A stretch of 52,008 nucleotides of DNA from Fimbriimonadia bacterium (GCA_041483895.1 JBGPGO010000022.1:1-52008); one strand, 5' to 3'; shown: positions 19,756-30,959, counted from the stretch's first letter. The notes: generated from the letters alone by a model not told the origin. Numbers and translations are program-made.

Positions 19756-21507
19756 ATGAAACCCATTTGGCGACACATTGCGACCGCCACGTGCGCCATG
19801 ATACTTGCTAGTGGTGTCAATGCGGGCATAACGCAAAAATTTCAGGTTTTTTATGGCGGCAACGGGACGCAGGATGGCGTGACCGATATGGCCGTCACGT
19901 CCTCGGGCATTGCATACGTTGTCGGTTCCACCGAAGCGGGACTTAACCTCAATATGCTCGTCGTGAAGTACAACGACGCTGGAACGCCGCTTGCGGCAAA
20001 GACGTTCGATCGGGCGGCCAGAGATGATGAAGCGGTCGCCGTCAAGATTGATTCAAATGGCAACGTATATGTTCTGGGCTACACCAAGCAGGCGAATTTC
20101 AATCAAGACATCACGTTGCTGAAGTACGATGCGAACCTCACTTTCCAGTGGGCGAAGCATTACGACAACAATACGCAAACGGATGATCCGATTGGTCTGG
20201 TAATTGACGCGTCAAACAATATCTACGTCGTCGGCAACACAACCAATACGACCAAGGATATTGTTATCCTCAAGTACGATACCACCGGAGCTTTGCTGAT
20301 GACCAAGATGTTCAATGGCGCCGGCAACTCTACCGATGAAGCGCGTGCGATCGCGTACGCACCGACCCTGAATGCCATTTATGTCTGCGGCTACGAGCGA
20401 GTGCTTGGCGACCAAGAAGACTTCCTAATCGCAAAGTTTGCTACTTCGAATTTGGCATTGCAATGGGAAAAATCCATCGATGGCGGCTTCGGCGCAACAG
20501 ATGTCGCAAATTGCATCACAGTTAATCCTGCCGGCGAGCCGATCGCTGCAGGCGGCAGCTCCGGCGCGGGTACCGATACCGATATCGAGGTCTGCAAATT
20601 GACCACTGCCGGAGCGATTTCGTTCAACATTTACAAGGATGGCGGCTTTGCAGGCGCCGACAACGCGAACGCGATTGCCATGGGTCCCGGCGGAGACATT
20701 TACGTGGGTGGGCGGCTCTACACGGCGTCTAAATCTGACATGGCTGTCATCAAATATAATTCTTCAGGCGCCGAGCAATGGGTGCGCACATACACATCCA
20801 GTTTCGGTACCGATGTTGAGGAAGTGCGGAGTCTAACTGTCGATTCCAGCGGCATCGTTTACGCGACCGGCGTCAGCCTCGCCATAACGACGCTGATTTA
20901 CACTCCGTCCGGTGTCAATATCGCCTCGATTCAGCCGTCACCGGCTCACTCGGTACTCGACCGTGGAGTGTCTGTCGGTGTGGCGAGTGGTGGCCGGATA
21001 TTCGTCGCCGGCAACTGGTACAAGAGCGTCACCGACGATGATATCACCCTCTTCGGTTTTCGACTCAAAACCACTGTCACCGGTCAGCTCAATCTCGACG
21101 CCTTGGCGGCGACAGGACATTACCCGAGCAGCTTGACCGTCGACCTCCGATCTCCGGGAACCCAGACGGTTGTCGATACTGCCACATTTGCAATCAATAC
21201 GGTCAGCGGCGCCCTCTCCGGTGAACTGCCGGTAGGCAACTATGATCTGTCGGTGAAGTATCGAAGCTGGTTGCGAAGGACGCAGGCGGTTAGCACGACG
21301 GGTGTTCCGACGTCGCTCACGATCAGCATGAATAACGGCGATGCATCCACGAACAACGCAGTCGATCTATTCGACCTAAATCAGATATTTGGTGATTTCG
21401 CGACTACGCCCGGCATGGACTTTTCGGACGTGGACGGCAATGGGACTGTCGACCTGAAAGACCTCACCACCATTTTCGTCCGCTTTGGAAATGTCGGCGA
21501 TCAGTAA
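19756..21507 (+). CDS. Secreted SBBP-type beta-propeller protein with C-terminal dockerin-like domain
   Basis: Signal peptide; repeats D-x-x-GN-x-YV-x-G...D-x-x-x-x-KY; C-terminal NGD..VDLFDL / DVDGNGTVDLKDL. Confidence 0.8.
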   Translation: MKPIWRHIATATCAMILASGVNAGITQKFQVFYGGNGTQDGVTDMAVTSSGIAYVVGSTEAGLNLNMLVVKYNDAGTPLAAKTFDRAARDDEAVAVKIDSNGNVYVLGYTKQANFNQDITLLKYDANLTFQWAKHYDNNTQTDDPIGLVIDASNNIYVVGNTTNTTKDIVILKYDTTGALLMTKMFNGAGNSTDEARAIAYAPTLNAIYVCGYERVLGDQEDFLIAKFATSNLALQWEKSIDGGFGATDVANCITVNPAGEPIAAGGSSGAGTDTDIEVCKLTTAGAISFNIYKDGGFAGADNANAIAMGPGGDIYVGGRLYTASKSDMAVIKYNSSGAEQWVRTYTSSFGTDVEEVRSLTVDSSGIVYATGVSLAITTLIYTPSGVNIASIQPSPAHSVLDRGVSVGVASGGRIFVAGNWYKSVTDDDITLFGFRLKTTVTGQLNLDALAATGHYPSSLTVDLRSPGTQTVVDTATFAINTVSGALSGELPVGNYDLSVKYRSWLRRTQAVSTTGVPTSLTISMNNGDASTNNAVDLFDLNQIFGDFATTPGMDFSDVDGNGTVDLKDLTTIFVRFGNVGDQ

Positions 21508-21533
21508 TGTTCCCTGTGCGATAATTTGCAAAT

Positions 21534-21559
21534 CGGGGTCCCGGATTTCCGGGACCCCG
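21534..21559. terminator. Hairpin between convergent genes, probable intrinsic terminator
   Basis: CGGGGTCCCGGA-TT-TCCGGGACCCCG followed by TTCTTATTTTT. Confidence 0.75.
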
Positions 21560-21562
21560 TTC

Positions 21563-22840
21563 TTATTTTTGGATGGAGGTCGGAAGCGGTTTGGCGGGCG
21601 TCTTGCACTCCACCTTCTCTGAGTCGAACTCCATCATCTTGCGGCTTCGGTAGCTGTCAACCGATAGGCTGATCGCCACCATCGTCCGAAAGGCGAGTTC
21701 AACGTCGCAGTGCGGCCTTTGGCGCGTCCGGACGCAATCCAAGAAGTTGTGCATGTGATCCAGCCTCGGTCTCTCCTTCACCGTCATCTTCTGATGCTTA
21801 TCCTTGAACTCCTCCTCAGGCTCTACCCGGAAGCCGTCGCCTTGCATGTAGAGTGTGGCTTCGTGGCCGCAGATGGTCTCTTCCAGGGAAAGCCGGTTCG
21901 CCATCGAAGAGCACAGCAACACCGTGTGCCCCGACGGGTAGTCGATCAGCACTTGGAAGGTGTCAGGCACTTCTCGGTCGTTTTGGACATATATCCCGCC
22001 GTGGGCGCTGACATACTTCGGAAACTCCGGACCCAGCGCAACCTGCAAATGGGCAAGTTGGTGATAGAACAGGTCGGTCGCAATTCCGCCGGAATAGTCC
22101 CAGTATTTGCGGAACCGAAAATATCGATCCGGATCGAACGGCCGCTTCGGCGCGTTGCCCAGCCAGCGAGGCCAGTCGATGTTTTTTGGACCCGCATCCT
22201 TATCGATGCCCCAATTCCATTCTCCCTCGCGAGAGTTGCGGCTGTAACTGGTTTTTGTCCAAAGCAGCTTTCCAATCTGGCCGGTCTCGATCCAGTTGCG
22301 GGCGCGCCACCAGCGGTCCTCGGAAGTGGACTGAACGCCGACCTGAAAGACCCGTCCGGTCGAATGCACAACGTCCCGCACGCCTTTCGCTTCCTGCCAT
22401 GTGTGCGTCATCGGCTTTTCGCAGTACACATCCTTGCCGGCCTTCATGGCCGCTATCGAAATCGGTGCGTGCCAATGGTCCGGGGTCGCGATCAGCACGG
22501 CGTCCACATCCGGCCGTGCCAGCACTTCCTCGAACTCATGATGGACCCGTGCCTGACTGATGTTCCTTGCCCGCTCCTTGCGCGCATCGTAGACATCACA
22601 GACCCCGACGACGGATACACCCTCATTCGGGTCCTTGGACATGTTGACCAAGTTCTGAAGATGTCCTGTGCCCTGGCCGCCACAGCCTATAACCGCCATC
22701 TGAATCCGGTCATTCGCCGCGAACGCCTTGCTTGCCCGGCCCAACGCCGGCAGGCCCGCCAACCCGGCAACGCCATAGGCCGCCCCTTTCAGAAACCCTC
22801 TCCGAGTCAAATCCCCGTCATTATTTCCCATCGCTGCCAC
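21563..22840 (-). CDS. Gfo/Idh/MocA oxidoreductase with Tat signal
   Basis: TRRGFLK twin-arginine motif, IGCGGQG, IATPDHWH, YCEKPM. Confidence 0.92.
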   Translation of the reverse strand: MAAMGNNDGDLTRRGFLKGAAYGVAGLAGLPALGRASKAFAANDRIQMAVIGCGGQGTGHLQNLVNMSKDPNEGVSVVGVCDVYDARKERARNISQARVHHEFEEVLARPDVDAVLIATPDHWHAPISIAAMKAGKDVYCEKPMTHTWQEAKGVRDVVHSTGRVFQVGVQSTSEDRWWRARNWIETGQIGKLLWTKTSYSRNSREGEWNWGIDKDAGPKNIDWPRWLGNAPKRPFDPDRYFRFRKYWDYSGGIATDLFYHQLAHLQVALGPEFPKYVSAHGGIYVQNDREVPDTFQVLIDYPSGHTVLLCSSMANRLSLEETICGHEATLYMQGDGFRVEPEEEFKDKHQKMTVKERPRLDHMHNFLDCVRTRQRPHCDVELAFRTMVAISLSVDSYRSRKMMEFDSEKVECKTPAKPLPTSIQK

Positions 22841-22986
22841 CTCACCTCTCTTGCGATTGACTCACATTTCGCGACCGCCCGGTGGAACTCCTTGTTTGTC
22901 GATAAACCTAGAAATCCTAGATTGGCACTATGGCAAGTTTCCCTGTAGGATGGAACCGGACGAGCTTCAACCCAGCTGGGCCCCTC

Positions 22987-23015
22987 ATCCCTTCACAGTC
23001 TTACTGTGAAGGGAT
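22987..23015. repeat. Palindromic repeat family C, copy 1
   Basis: ATCCCTTCACAGT-CTT-ACTGTGAAGGGAT; the same stem recurs at 47090 and 47176. Confidence 0.85.
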
Positions 23016-23030
23016 AGAAGCGGAGAAGAG

Positions 23031-24725
23031 ATGAGATTTTGGTTTGCCGCTGCCTGCGGATGCGCTTTCATACCATCATTTGCCCAGACCATTACGGTGG
23101 GTCCGAACCTGCGCGTGTACCAGAGCGGTTCGGCGCAAAATGAAACAGCTATAGCCGCGAGCAGCTCGGTGTTGGTCGGCGCCTGGAACGACTATTCCGC
23201 TCCCTCACCAAATGTCGTGGGATGCGGGCTGGGCTGGAGTCTGGACGGGGGAGCGAGTTGGAATCGTCTCTGGTTGGCAAATCCCGATACCAGCACCTTT
23301 ACCGCCCAAGGCGACCCGGCCGTCGCTGTCGGGCCGAACGGCGAGCTGTACTATGCCCTCATCGCGTTCAATTACTCGCTCACGTATGGCAAGAGCGGCG
23401 TTTATGTCTACTCTTCGAAGGACAGCGGCCAGACTTGGACGATGAGCGAAGTCGTCTATAGCCCGGCCGACGCGTTCCATGACAAAGAGATCATTGCTGT
23501 CGATCCCGCAAACGGAAACGTGTACGTCGCTTGGATGCGGCTCAACAGTTCGGGAGCAAACCAGCTCGTGTACAGCTACTCCACAAACGGCGGGTCGTCC
23601 TGGAGCGCCGCCAAGGTCATCATCGCGGGCGGTCAACATCCCGACTTGGTGGTCGATAAGAACGGAGCGCTATTCGTGGCGTACGCTCTGACCAGCACGT
23701 CCACCACGGGTTTGCTCAAAGTGGCCAAGATTGCAAACCCCGCAACGACGTCCCCCACCATTACGCAAGCCACCGTCTCGTCCTATACCGTCGTTGGACA
23801 AAACGGCAAGATCAACGGATCCGGGATTCGGTGCTTTACAATCCCCTGCCTCAAATACCACGCCGGAACAGGACGGTTTGTAGTGACATGGGCGAACGGG
23901 GTCTCGTTTGGCTACAGCGGCATCCTGGCCAGCGGTTCCACCGACGGCGCCAATTGGACGGCCCCGAAGAGGATCGATACCGCGACGAACAGGGATCGCT
24001 ATTTCCCCTGGCTTGCGTTTGCTCCCAATGGCTCCCTGTGTGCGGCATGGTGCGACCAACGGAACGACGCGGGCAACGTAAAACTGGATGTCTATGCGGC
24101 GATCAGCCAGGACGGCGGTCAGACATGGCTCCCGGATTTCGCGGTCACCAGCCAACCGTCCGACCCGCGCTTTCAGTTTGGCGGCGGATTCTATGGGGAC
24201 TATATCGGCGTGGCGGCGGATGGCGCAGGCGTGTTTCACGTTCTTTGGACAGACGCGCGCTCGCCAAAATTCGAACAGGAGATTTACACGGCCAGTGTCG
24301 TCTGCGTGCCGCCGCTGAAGATCCAGGTCTCGCTCCAAGGATATCTGCCTGGTCCCACGGGATATCCCTTGACGCTGGAACTGTGGAAGAACGGCGCGAT
24401 CAGTTACACCACGACGCTGCTTCCCGACTCCGCCGGCCTGGCGACGATCAACTTGCCGCAGGGCGTTTACGGCTTCGACTCCGTGTCTGTCGCTGGCCCG
24501 AGATTTCTCCGCCAAAAACTCCCATACGCCGAAGGACAGTTGATGAGCTTCGACCTTGTGAATGGAGACTGCTTCCCCACTAACAGTATCGACCTGAAGG
24601 ACCTAAATGCCTGGTTTGGTACGTTCGGATTGTTGGGCGGGCTGGAAGATCTCAACGGTTCGGGCGTCGTCGACCTCCAGGACGCAAATCTCATCTTTAC
24701 GAACTTTGGTTTGGTAGGCGACTAA
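23031..24725 (+). CDS. Secreted BNR/Asp-box (sialidase-like) protein with C-terminal dockerin-like domain
   Basis: Asp-boxes SLDGGASW, SKDSGQTW, STNGGSSW, STDGANW, SQDGGQTW; GDY motif; tail DLNGSGVVDLQD..NFGLVGD. Confidence 0.8.
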   Translation: MRFWFAAACGCAFIPSFAQTITVGPNLRVYQSGSAQNETAIAASSSVLVGAWNDYSAPSPNVVGCGLGWSLDGGASWNRLWLANPDTSTFTAQGDPAVAVGPNGELYYALIAFNYSLTYGKSGVYVYSSKDSGQTWTMSEVVYSPADAFHDKEIIAVDPANGNVYVAWMRLNSSGANQLVYSYSTNGGSSWSAAKVIIAGGQHPDLVVDKNGALFVAYALTSTSTTGLLKVAKIANPATTSPTITQATVSSYTVVGQNGKINGSGIRCFTIPCLKYHAGTGRFVVTWANGVSFGYSGILASGSTDGANWTAPKRIDTATNRDRYFPWLAFAPNGSLCAAWCDQRNDAGNVKLDVYAAISQDGGQTWLPDFAVTSQPSDPRFQFGGGFYGDYIGVAADGAGVFHVLWTDARSPKFEQEIYTASVVCVPPLKIQVSLQGYLPGPTGYPLTLELWKNGAISYTTTLLPDSAGLATINLPQGVYGFDSVSVAGPRFLRQKLPYAEGQLMSFDLVNGDCFPTNSIDLKDLNAWFGTFGLLGGLEDLNGSGVVDLQDANLIFTNFGLVGD

Positions 24726-25552
24726 GCGGATTCGAGGAACGCGGTCATGATCTCGTCGTCAACATACTCGAGTGCAAGCTTGTCCACATCTTCCGCCGTC
24801 CGGGTTGGGCGCAGTCCAGACATATCGGTGGAGAGTTCCCGCGCCCGGTCATCCGCTTCGCGCCGGCGCGCCTCCTGAACTTCGGCGGCCACGTCTTGGA
24901 TTACCATTTGCAAGATGCGCCGGGACTGACTGCCGACCTTGATGAACCGGAGCCCGACTTCGTACCCTTTGTTAATCATCGTCGTCGTGCTGACGGTTCG
25001 TGCCACGCGGCCCAGCACGGAGACCTGCTCCGGCGGGTCGCCAATGGGAAACGTCAAGAGGATAACATCTCCCTGCTTAAGAAGTACCCGGCTCCGTATC
25101 CGGGCCCCCGTCATGCTGATGTTGGTAACAACTGTCGGCAGCGGACGAGCGCCTGCACGTGCGACATCCTCTTTGCGGAGAAACCCCGCGTCGAACGAGA
25201 TGGGTACGCGCACTGAAGGACGGAACATCTTGATCTCCCAAGCCTTCGGAGATGTGAACGCAAACGCAAGTCCTCGTCGGGTCAGTTTCACCCGCGCGAT
25301 TCTCGTAAGACAGGTTTTCGCGACGTGGCTGCTGGGGATAGTGATCTCGACCTCCTGGCCGGGGGTCGGTCTGTGTTGGATGCCTTTGCATTGCGACGTG
25401 CTGCACCAGACGACGTCATCCTGCTCGCCGATCACCACACATTCAAGCGTTTCTCCAATGCTGTTGCGCGCATCGGCGTCGGAATTCCATGCCCGGAAAC
25501 GAACATAGACCAGCTCCCCTGGGTCGGGGCTTCCGTGATCCAAGTCCTCCAA
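24722..25552 (-). CDS. PilZ domain protein (YcgR-like)
   Basis: RPSVR (RxxxR) and NISMTG motifs. Confidence 0.75.
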   Translation of the reverse strand: MEDLDHGSPDPGELVYVRFRAWNSDADARNSIGETLECVVIGEQDDVVWCSTSQCKGIQHRPTPGQEVEITIPSSHVAKTCLTRIARVKLTRRGLAFAFTSPKAWEIKMFRPSVRVPISFDAGFLRKEDVARAGARPLPTVVTNISMTGARIRSRVLLKQGDVILLTFPIGDPPEQVSVLGRVARTVSTTTMINKGYEVGLRFIKVGSQSRRILQMVIQDVAAEVQEARRREADDRARELSTDMSGLRPTRTAEDVDKLALEYVDDEIMTAFLESA

Positions 25553-25569
25553 GAATTGTCCTTCCGCGC

Positions 25570-26028
25570 TTATGCCGCACTCTCCAATCTAGGATGCGAC
25601 CGGTCTCCCGACCGAGTCGCAAGTGCGTTTTCGATGCAGCTTGCCAAGAACCGCCGCACCTCATCGTCTTGCTGGATGAGGCGAATTCCGATTTCATAGT
25701 GCGATTCCGGCGTGGTCTGAGACGACCGAACCGCTTGGCCGAGCATTACCAGTTCTCCACACGAACTGGACGAGGAAACCCGCAGGGTAAGAAACGCGCC
25801 CTGGGGAACTTCCCGTGACGCCAATAGGCGGCATCCAGAGGCGCTGACGTCCAGAATTCGGACGCGGAGCGTCTCCATCCGGCCCTCTCGTCTGCGGTCG
25901 GGAAACGCCAGGTCGGCTCGCAGCTCTACCGGGACTCGCTCGGATGTCCGCCGAATCTGACGAATCCAGGCGGAACCGATGTCGATTGCTCCACCCGTAT
26001 CCAGGCTTAGTTCTGTATGTTGATTCAC
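25570..26028 (-). CDS. Single-domain PilZ protein
   Basis: RTSER and DVSASG motifs; GTG 26028 preceded by AAGGA, so the ORF-track start at 26235 is unlikely. Confidence 0.75.
   Translation of the reverse strand: MNQHTELSLDTGGAIDIGSAWIRQIRRTSERVPVELRADLAFPDRRREGRMETLRVRILDVSASGCRLLASREVPQGAFLTLRVSSSSSCGELVMLGQAVRSSQTTPESHYEIGIRLIQQDDEVRRFLASCIENALATRSGDRSHPRLESAA
25587..25624 (+). repeat. REP-like palindrome family A, copy inside the PilZ gene 3' end
   Basis: GGATGCGACCGGTCTCCCGACCGAGTCGCAAGT; 36/38 identical to 30377-30414. Confidence 0.85.
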
Positions 26029-26053
26029 AATGCCGTGTCCTTTGGCGTCCCAG

Positions 26054-26728
26054 TCATGCCGTTTGCTCGGCCTGAGTTTCCCCTCCGTCTGCGGGCCGGA
26101 GCCCCGTCCGAAGCCATTCCTCAATCGCCGATTTGGCCTTGTCTTCGAAGCGCAAGAAACGTATTCCATAGTCTGGGGTGATCCGGCCCTGTGATTGCGC
26201 TTGGCGCATAACGTTGCCGGAAAGCACGATATCACCCTCGTTTCCTGGGGGGCTAAGCTGGAGGATGACCGCTATTCCTACCGGAATGCTCGTACGAAGG
26301 CGAACCTGGCAGCCGGTTGTGCTGATGTCCATCAATCGGCCCAGCACCCGCTTCGTCTGTCCCTTCGGACCGCCCAGCCGGAAGTGGCACATGACCGGGA
26401 GGTCGCAGCGGACCCGCTTCGCGCTCCGATCTGGCAGCTTCTGCCACTCCTCGGTGATTTCGATGCCGAACAGCGGGTGGTCGAAATGGGGTTTCAGCTC
26501 GGCAAGCCGGCCGGTGCCGCTCCAATTGGCATCTTCCGTTTCCAGGAACATCCGGACCTCGCAGCCAACTTTCGGAAGCGCCTCTTGGGCCCCCCCTGAC
26601 TGCGCCTGGACCCATATCCGAGTGTCTTCTTTGCGAACTACTCGGCAGGGAATGATGCCATCTTGGGAGCCCGACGCCATCCAGATGACGGAAACAGCGG
26701 ATTCCACGTCCAATACGGGCTGTTGCAT
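26054..26728 (-). CDS. PilZ domain protein (flagellar brake YcgR-like)
   Basis: RSAKR and DISTTG motifs after an N-terminal beta domain. Confidence 0.8.
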   Translation of the reverse strand: MQQPVLDVESAVSVIWMASGSQDGIIPCRVVRKEDTRIWVQAQSGGAQEALPKVGCEVRMFLETEDANWSGTGRLAELKPHFDHPLFGIEITEEWQKLPDRSAKRVRCDLPVMCHFRLGGPKGQTKRVLGRLMDISTTGCQVRLRTSIPVGIAVILQLSPPGNEGDIVLSGNVMRQAQSQGRITPDYGIRFLRFEDKAKSAIEEWLRTGLRPADGGETQAEQTA

Positions 26729-26869
26729 ACGGTAGTAATCATTGGTGCATGCGCCAAATCGGCAAGATAATCTTAGAAACTTCTAAGGCATTCCCGTCAA
26801 TTTGCCTGGCACTTGTGGCCTTCCTAACAATAGGCAGGACCGTCCGGACAAAAAGGCGAAATCGCACCC

Positions 26870-28323
26870 ATGGCAAAGGCCCGCATCGCCGCGATCGCAC
26901 TGGTCGCGGTCGCCGTCGCCGTCGGACTGTTTCTGTCTCATCGCAATCAGACCATTCGAGACGAGACGCTCAGCGGCATCATCGAAACCCGCCAAATCTC
27001 CCTCGGAAGCAAGGTTGGGGGCCGCGTCTCCAAATCCTACCTCCGACAAGGGGATGTGGTCCGAGCCGGAGACCCGATCGTCGAGTTCGAGGCAAACGAG
27101 CTCCAATCGGCTGTTCAGGCGCAGCAGGCGGCGGTGCAAGCGGCAACGGCCAAGCTCGATCTGCTGCTTGCCGGGACGCGGCCGGAAGAGATAGACCGGC
27201 TCCGGGCGGCGGCGGAAGAGGCAAGAACCCAACGGGACAAAGCGATGCGGGGCAGCCGTCCGCAGGAGATCGTGCAGGCGGAAGCCGCCTTCTACGAGGC
27301 CCAGGCCCAGCTCCAAAAGCTGAAGTCCGGCAACAGGCCGGAAGAGATCGCCCAATCAAACCAAGCCTACGAGGCGGCGAAGGCGGACTATCTTCGGCTG
27401 GTCAACGGATCGCGCCCGGAGGAGGTCGCGCAGGCGGAAGCGGCCTTGGCCGTCGCCCGCTCGCAACGGGAGGACGCCGAGCGGGAATCCGGACGATTCC
27501 GAGATCTGTTCGCGGCCGGGGCCATCTCCCGTCAGCAATATGATCAGGCCGAAACGAAGAGACAGGTCGCCATCGCCAACGAAGAGCTTGCGGGACAGCG
27601 GCTCGAACAACTGAGGCATGGCGCAAGGCAGGAGGAGATCGATGCCGCGGCCGCTAGGATGAAGCAGGCGGAGGCGGCTCTCAAGCTGTCCAAACAGGGC
27701 GCCCGCAAGGAGGACATTCGGGCCGCAGAAGAGAGGGTGAAGCAGGCGGGGGCGGTGTTCTCGATGGTCCGGGCGGGTCCGCGAAAAGAGGATGTCGCGG
27801 CGGCGGCCCGGCGGTATGACGCGGCGTTGGCGGTGCTTGCTGAAGCCGTTCATGGCGCGCGAAAGCAGGACGTCCATGCCGCGCTGTCCGCGCTGGCACA
27901 AGCGAAGGCGATGTTGGCGGAGGCCCAGGGCCGCGCGAAGGAGGCCGTGGTCACAGCGCCATCGGCAGGGATTATCCAGAAGTTCGATCTGCGGCCGGGG
28001 GATCTGGTGCAGCCGGGCCAAGAGGTCGCGGTCTTGCAGCCCGTGGACGATCTCTGGGTCAATCTCTACATTCCGGAAAACCGCCTAAATCTCGTAAAGG
28101 TCGGGACACGTCTGCGACTGCATGCCGACGGCTTTCCGGATCGCCGCTTTGAAGGGACTGTGGAGTTCATCAGCAGCATTGCCGAGTTCACGCCGCGCAA
28201 CGTCCAAACCCCGGAGGAGCGAGTCAGCAAAGTGTTTGCCGTGCGGGCGCGGATTCGAGACCCCGAGGGACGGCTCCGAGCCGGGATGTCGGTGGACACC
28301 AGGCTCCCGGAGATCGCCGCCAA

Positions 28324-28327
<4 letters not shown>
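26870..28327 (+). CDS. HlyD-family membrane fusion protein with extended coiled coil
   Basis: N-terminal TM, SKVGGRV, AEFTPRNVQTPEER motif. Confidence 0.9.
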
Positions 28328-29262
<935 letters not shown>

Positions 29263-29263
29263 C

Positions 29264-30358
29264 ATGCTCCTTCGCGGGTTCACCGCCGTGCTGTATAAGG
29301 AGTTCCTGCATCTGCGGCGCGATCCGTTGGCCATCTTCTTTGCGCTCTTAATCCCGATGGTGCAACTGACAATTTTTGGGTACGCAATTGATATGGACGT
29401 GAAGAACATCCCGATGGCGATTGTCGATTTCGATCACTCCCAAGAAAGCCGCGCGTTTGTTCAGGCGTTGGAAAACACGCAGTACGCGACGCTGCGATAT
29501 GTAGCCCGATCCCATGATGAGCTGTTGGGTCTCATCCGGGCGGGGAAAGCTTCGATCGGTTTGGAGTTCCCGCCTGGATTTGGAAGGGGCGTTCGGCAGG
29601 GGTCGGGCCAGCAGCTCTTGGTGCTGGTTGACGGCTCCGATTCGCAAGTTGCCTTTCGAGCGCAGGCGGTCACCAGCCAGTTGGGAGTAATGTTCCGCAA
29701 CTCCCAGGAACGACCGCCCGTCGACGTGCGCACGACCGTTCTATTCAATCCTGACTCCCGTAGCGCCAACTTCATGGTGCCGGGCCTTATCGGTATCATC
29801 TTGCAGATCGTTACGGTGGCGCTGACGGCGTTTTCGCTCGTGCGGGAGCGGGAAAAGGGAACGCTCGAGCAGCTCATGGTTTCGCCCGTTGGGAAACTGG
29901 GTCTCCTGCTCGGCAAACTGCTGCCGTACGCTCTCGTGGGCCTCGTCGAAGTGGCCACCGTTCTCATCGTCGGCCGCCTGCTGTTTGGGGTGCCGATCCA
30001 TGGCAGCGTGACATTGCTGTTCCTGATGGCAATCCCATTTCTTCTCGCGGCGCTCGGATTCGGACTGCTCATTTCGACGGTGGCGCGCACACAGGCGCAG
30101 GCGTTGCAGGGCGTGATGTTGGTGATGCTGCCGTCGGTATTGCTCTCCGGCTTCATGTTCCCTCGGGCTTCGATGCCGCTCCTCATCTACTACATCACCT
30201 TCGCCATCCCGGCTACGCATTTCTTGGAGATTCTGCGCGGCATCATCGTCCGCGGCGCGGGCTTTTCCGACCTCTGGCCCTGGTTCGTTGCGCTCGTCGG
30301 CATCGCCGTGCTGATCCTCACCATCGCCACCGCCCGCTTCCGCAAATCCCTCTCGTAA
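29264..30358 (+). CDS. ABC-2 transporter permease (YbhS-like)
   Basis: KEFLHLRRD, VREREKGTLEQL, LSGFMFP. Confidence 0.92.
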   Translation: MLLRGFTAVLYKEFLHLRRDPLAIFFALLIPMVQLTIFGYAIDMDVKNIPMAIVDFDHSQESRAFVQALENTQYATLRYVARSHDELLGLIRAGKASIGLEFPPGFGRGVRQGSGQQLLVLVDGSDSQVAFRAQAVTSQLGVMFRNSQERPPVDVRTTVLFNPDSRSANFMVPGLIGIILQIVTVALTAFSLVREREKGTLEQLMVSPVGKLGLLLGKLLPYALVGLVEVATVLIVGRLLFGVPIHGSVTLLFLMAIPFLLAALGFGLLISTVARTQAQALQGVMLVMLPSVLLSGFMFPRASMPLLIYYITFAIPATHFLEILRGIIVRGAGFSDLWPWFVALVGIAVLILTIATARFRKSLS

Positions 30359-30458
30359 CGCTGCCTTCCAGGCGGCATCTGGGATGCGACCGGTCTCCTG
30401 ACCGAGTCGCAAGTATGGAATCCCCGAAAAAACATGCCGGCAGGATGCCAGCGTTACG
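30352..30458. repeat. Composite REP cluster: family D copy, nested family A copy, inverted family D copy
   Basis: GTAACGCTGCCTTCCAGGCGGCAT (30355-30378), family A (30382-30414), ATGCCGGCAGGATGCCAGCGTTAC (30434-30457). Confidence 0.8.
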
Positions 30459-30951
30459 CTTCAACCTCGATGCCACACCGGGCGGCCAACTCCTCGATGA
30501 GCAGCGTGAACGGAACCTCGAAGCCGTTGCGCTCCCAGCCGATGGGGACTCGTGTGGGACCGGATTCAATCCATGCCACCGGCGCGATCTTGATCTCCGA
30601 CAGCCCCGTCTTCACGTGGTACCGATGCTTCGTGCCCGGCGCCTTCTTGATGCTCTCCACATCGGAGTAATTGACGGGCGTGTTGCGCATCATGGAGACG
30701 ATTTCAAAATGGTCGGAGTGCAACCGAAACTCCGTCGCCTCGCCTCGCTTACTGGCGATTTCGGCAATCACCGCCTTGCCGGTGCGCATCGCGGCGGACA
30801 CGGCGCTCTTCACGGCCTCGCCCAGATTGCGGTCAGCAAAGTCGGTTTTGGCGCGGATGGCCGTTGCCTTGGCGTCCTGGCGCAGGCCTCCCGCCCCCAT
30901 TTCCAGCCACCGTATGCAGTCCGCCGGTGTGTAGATTATCGTTTCGTCCAA
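30454..30951 (-). CDS. Hypothetical protein
   Basis: 165-aa ORF with plausible globular composition; GAGGA before the TTG start. Confidence 0.6.
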   Translation of the reverse strand: MDETIIYTPADCIRWLEMGAGGLRQDAKATAIRAKTDFADRNLGEAVKSAVSAAMRTGKAVIAEIASKRGEATEFRLHSDHFEIVSMMRNTPVNYSDVESIKKAPGTKHRYHVKTGLSEIKIAPVAWIESGPTRVPIGWERNGFEVPFTLLIEELAARCGIEVEA

Positions 30952-30959
30952 AGTTCTTC

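Noticed and set aside
22922..22937. TTGGCAC upstream of the BNR protein as a sigma-54 promoter
   Set aside because: No TTGC/GC at the required -12 spacing.
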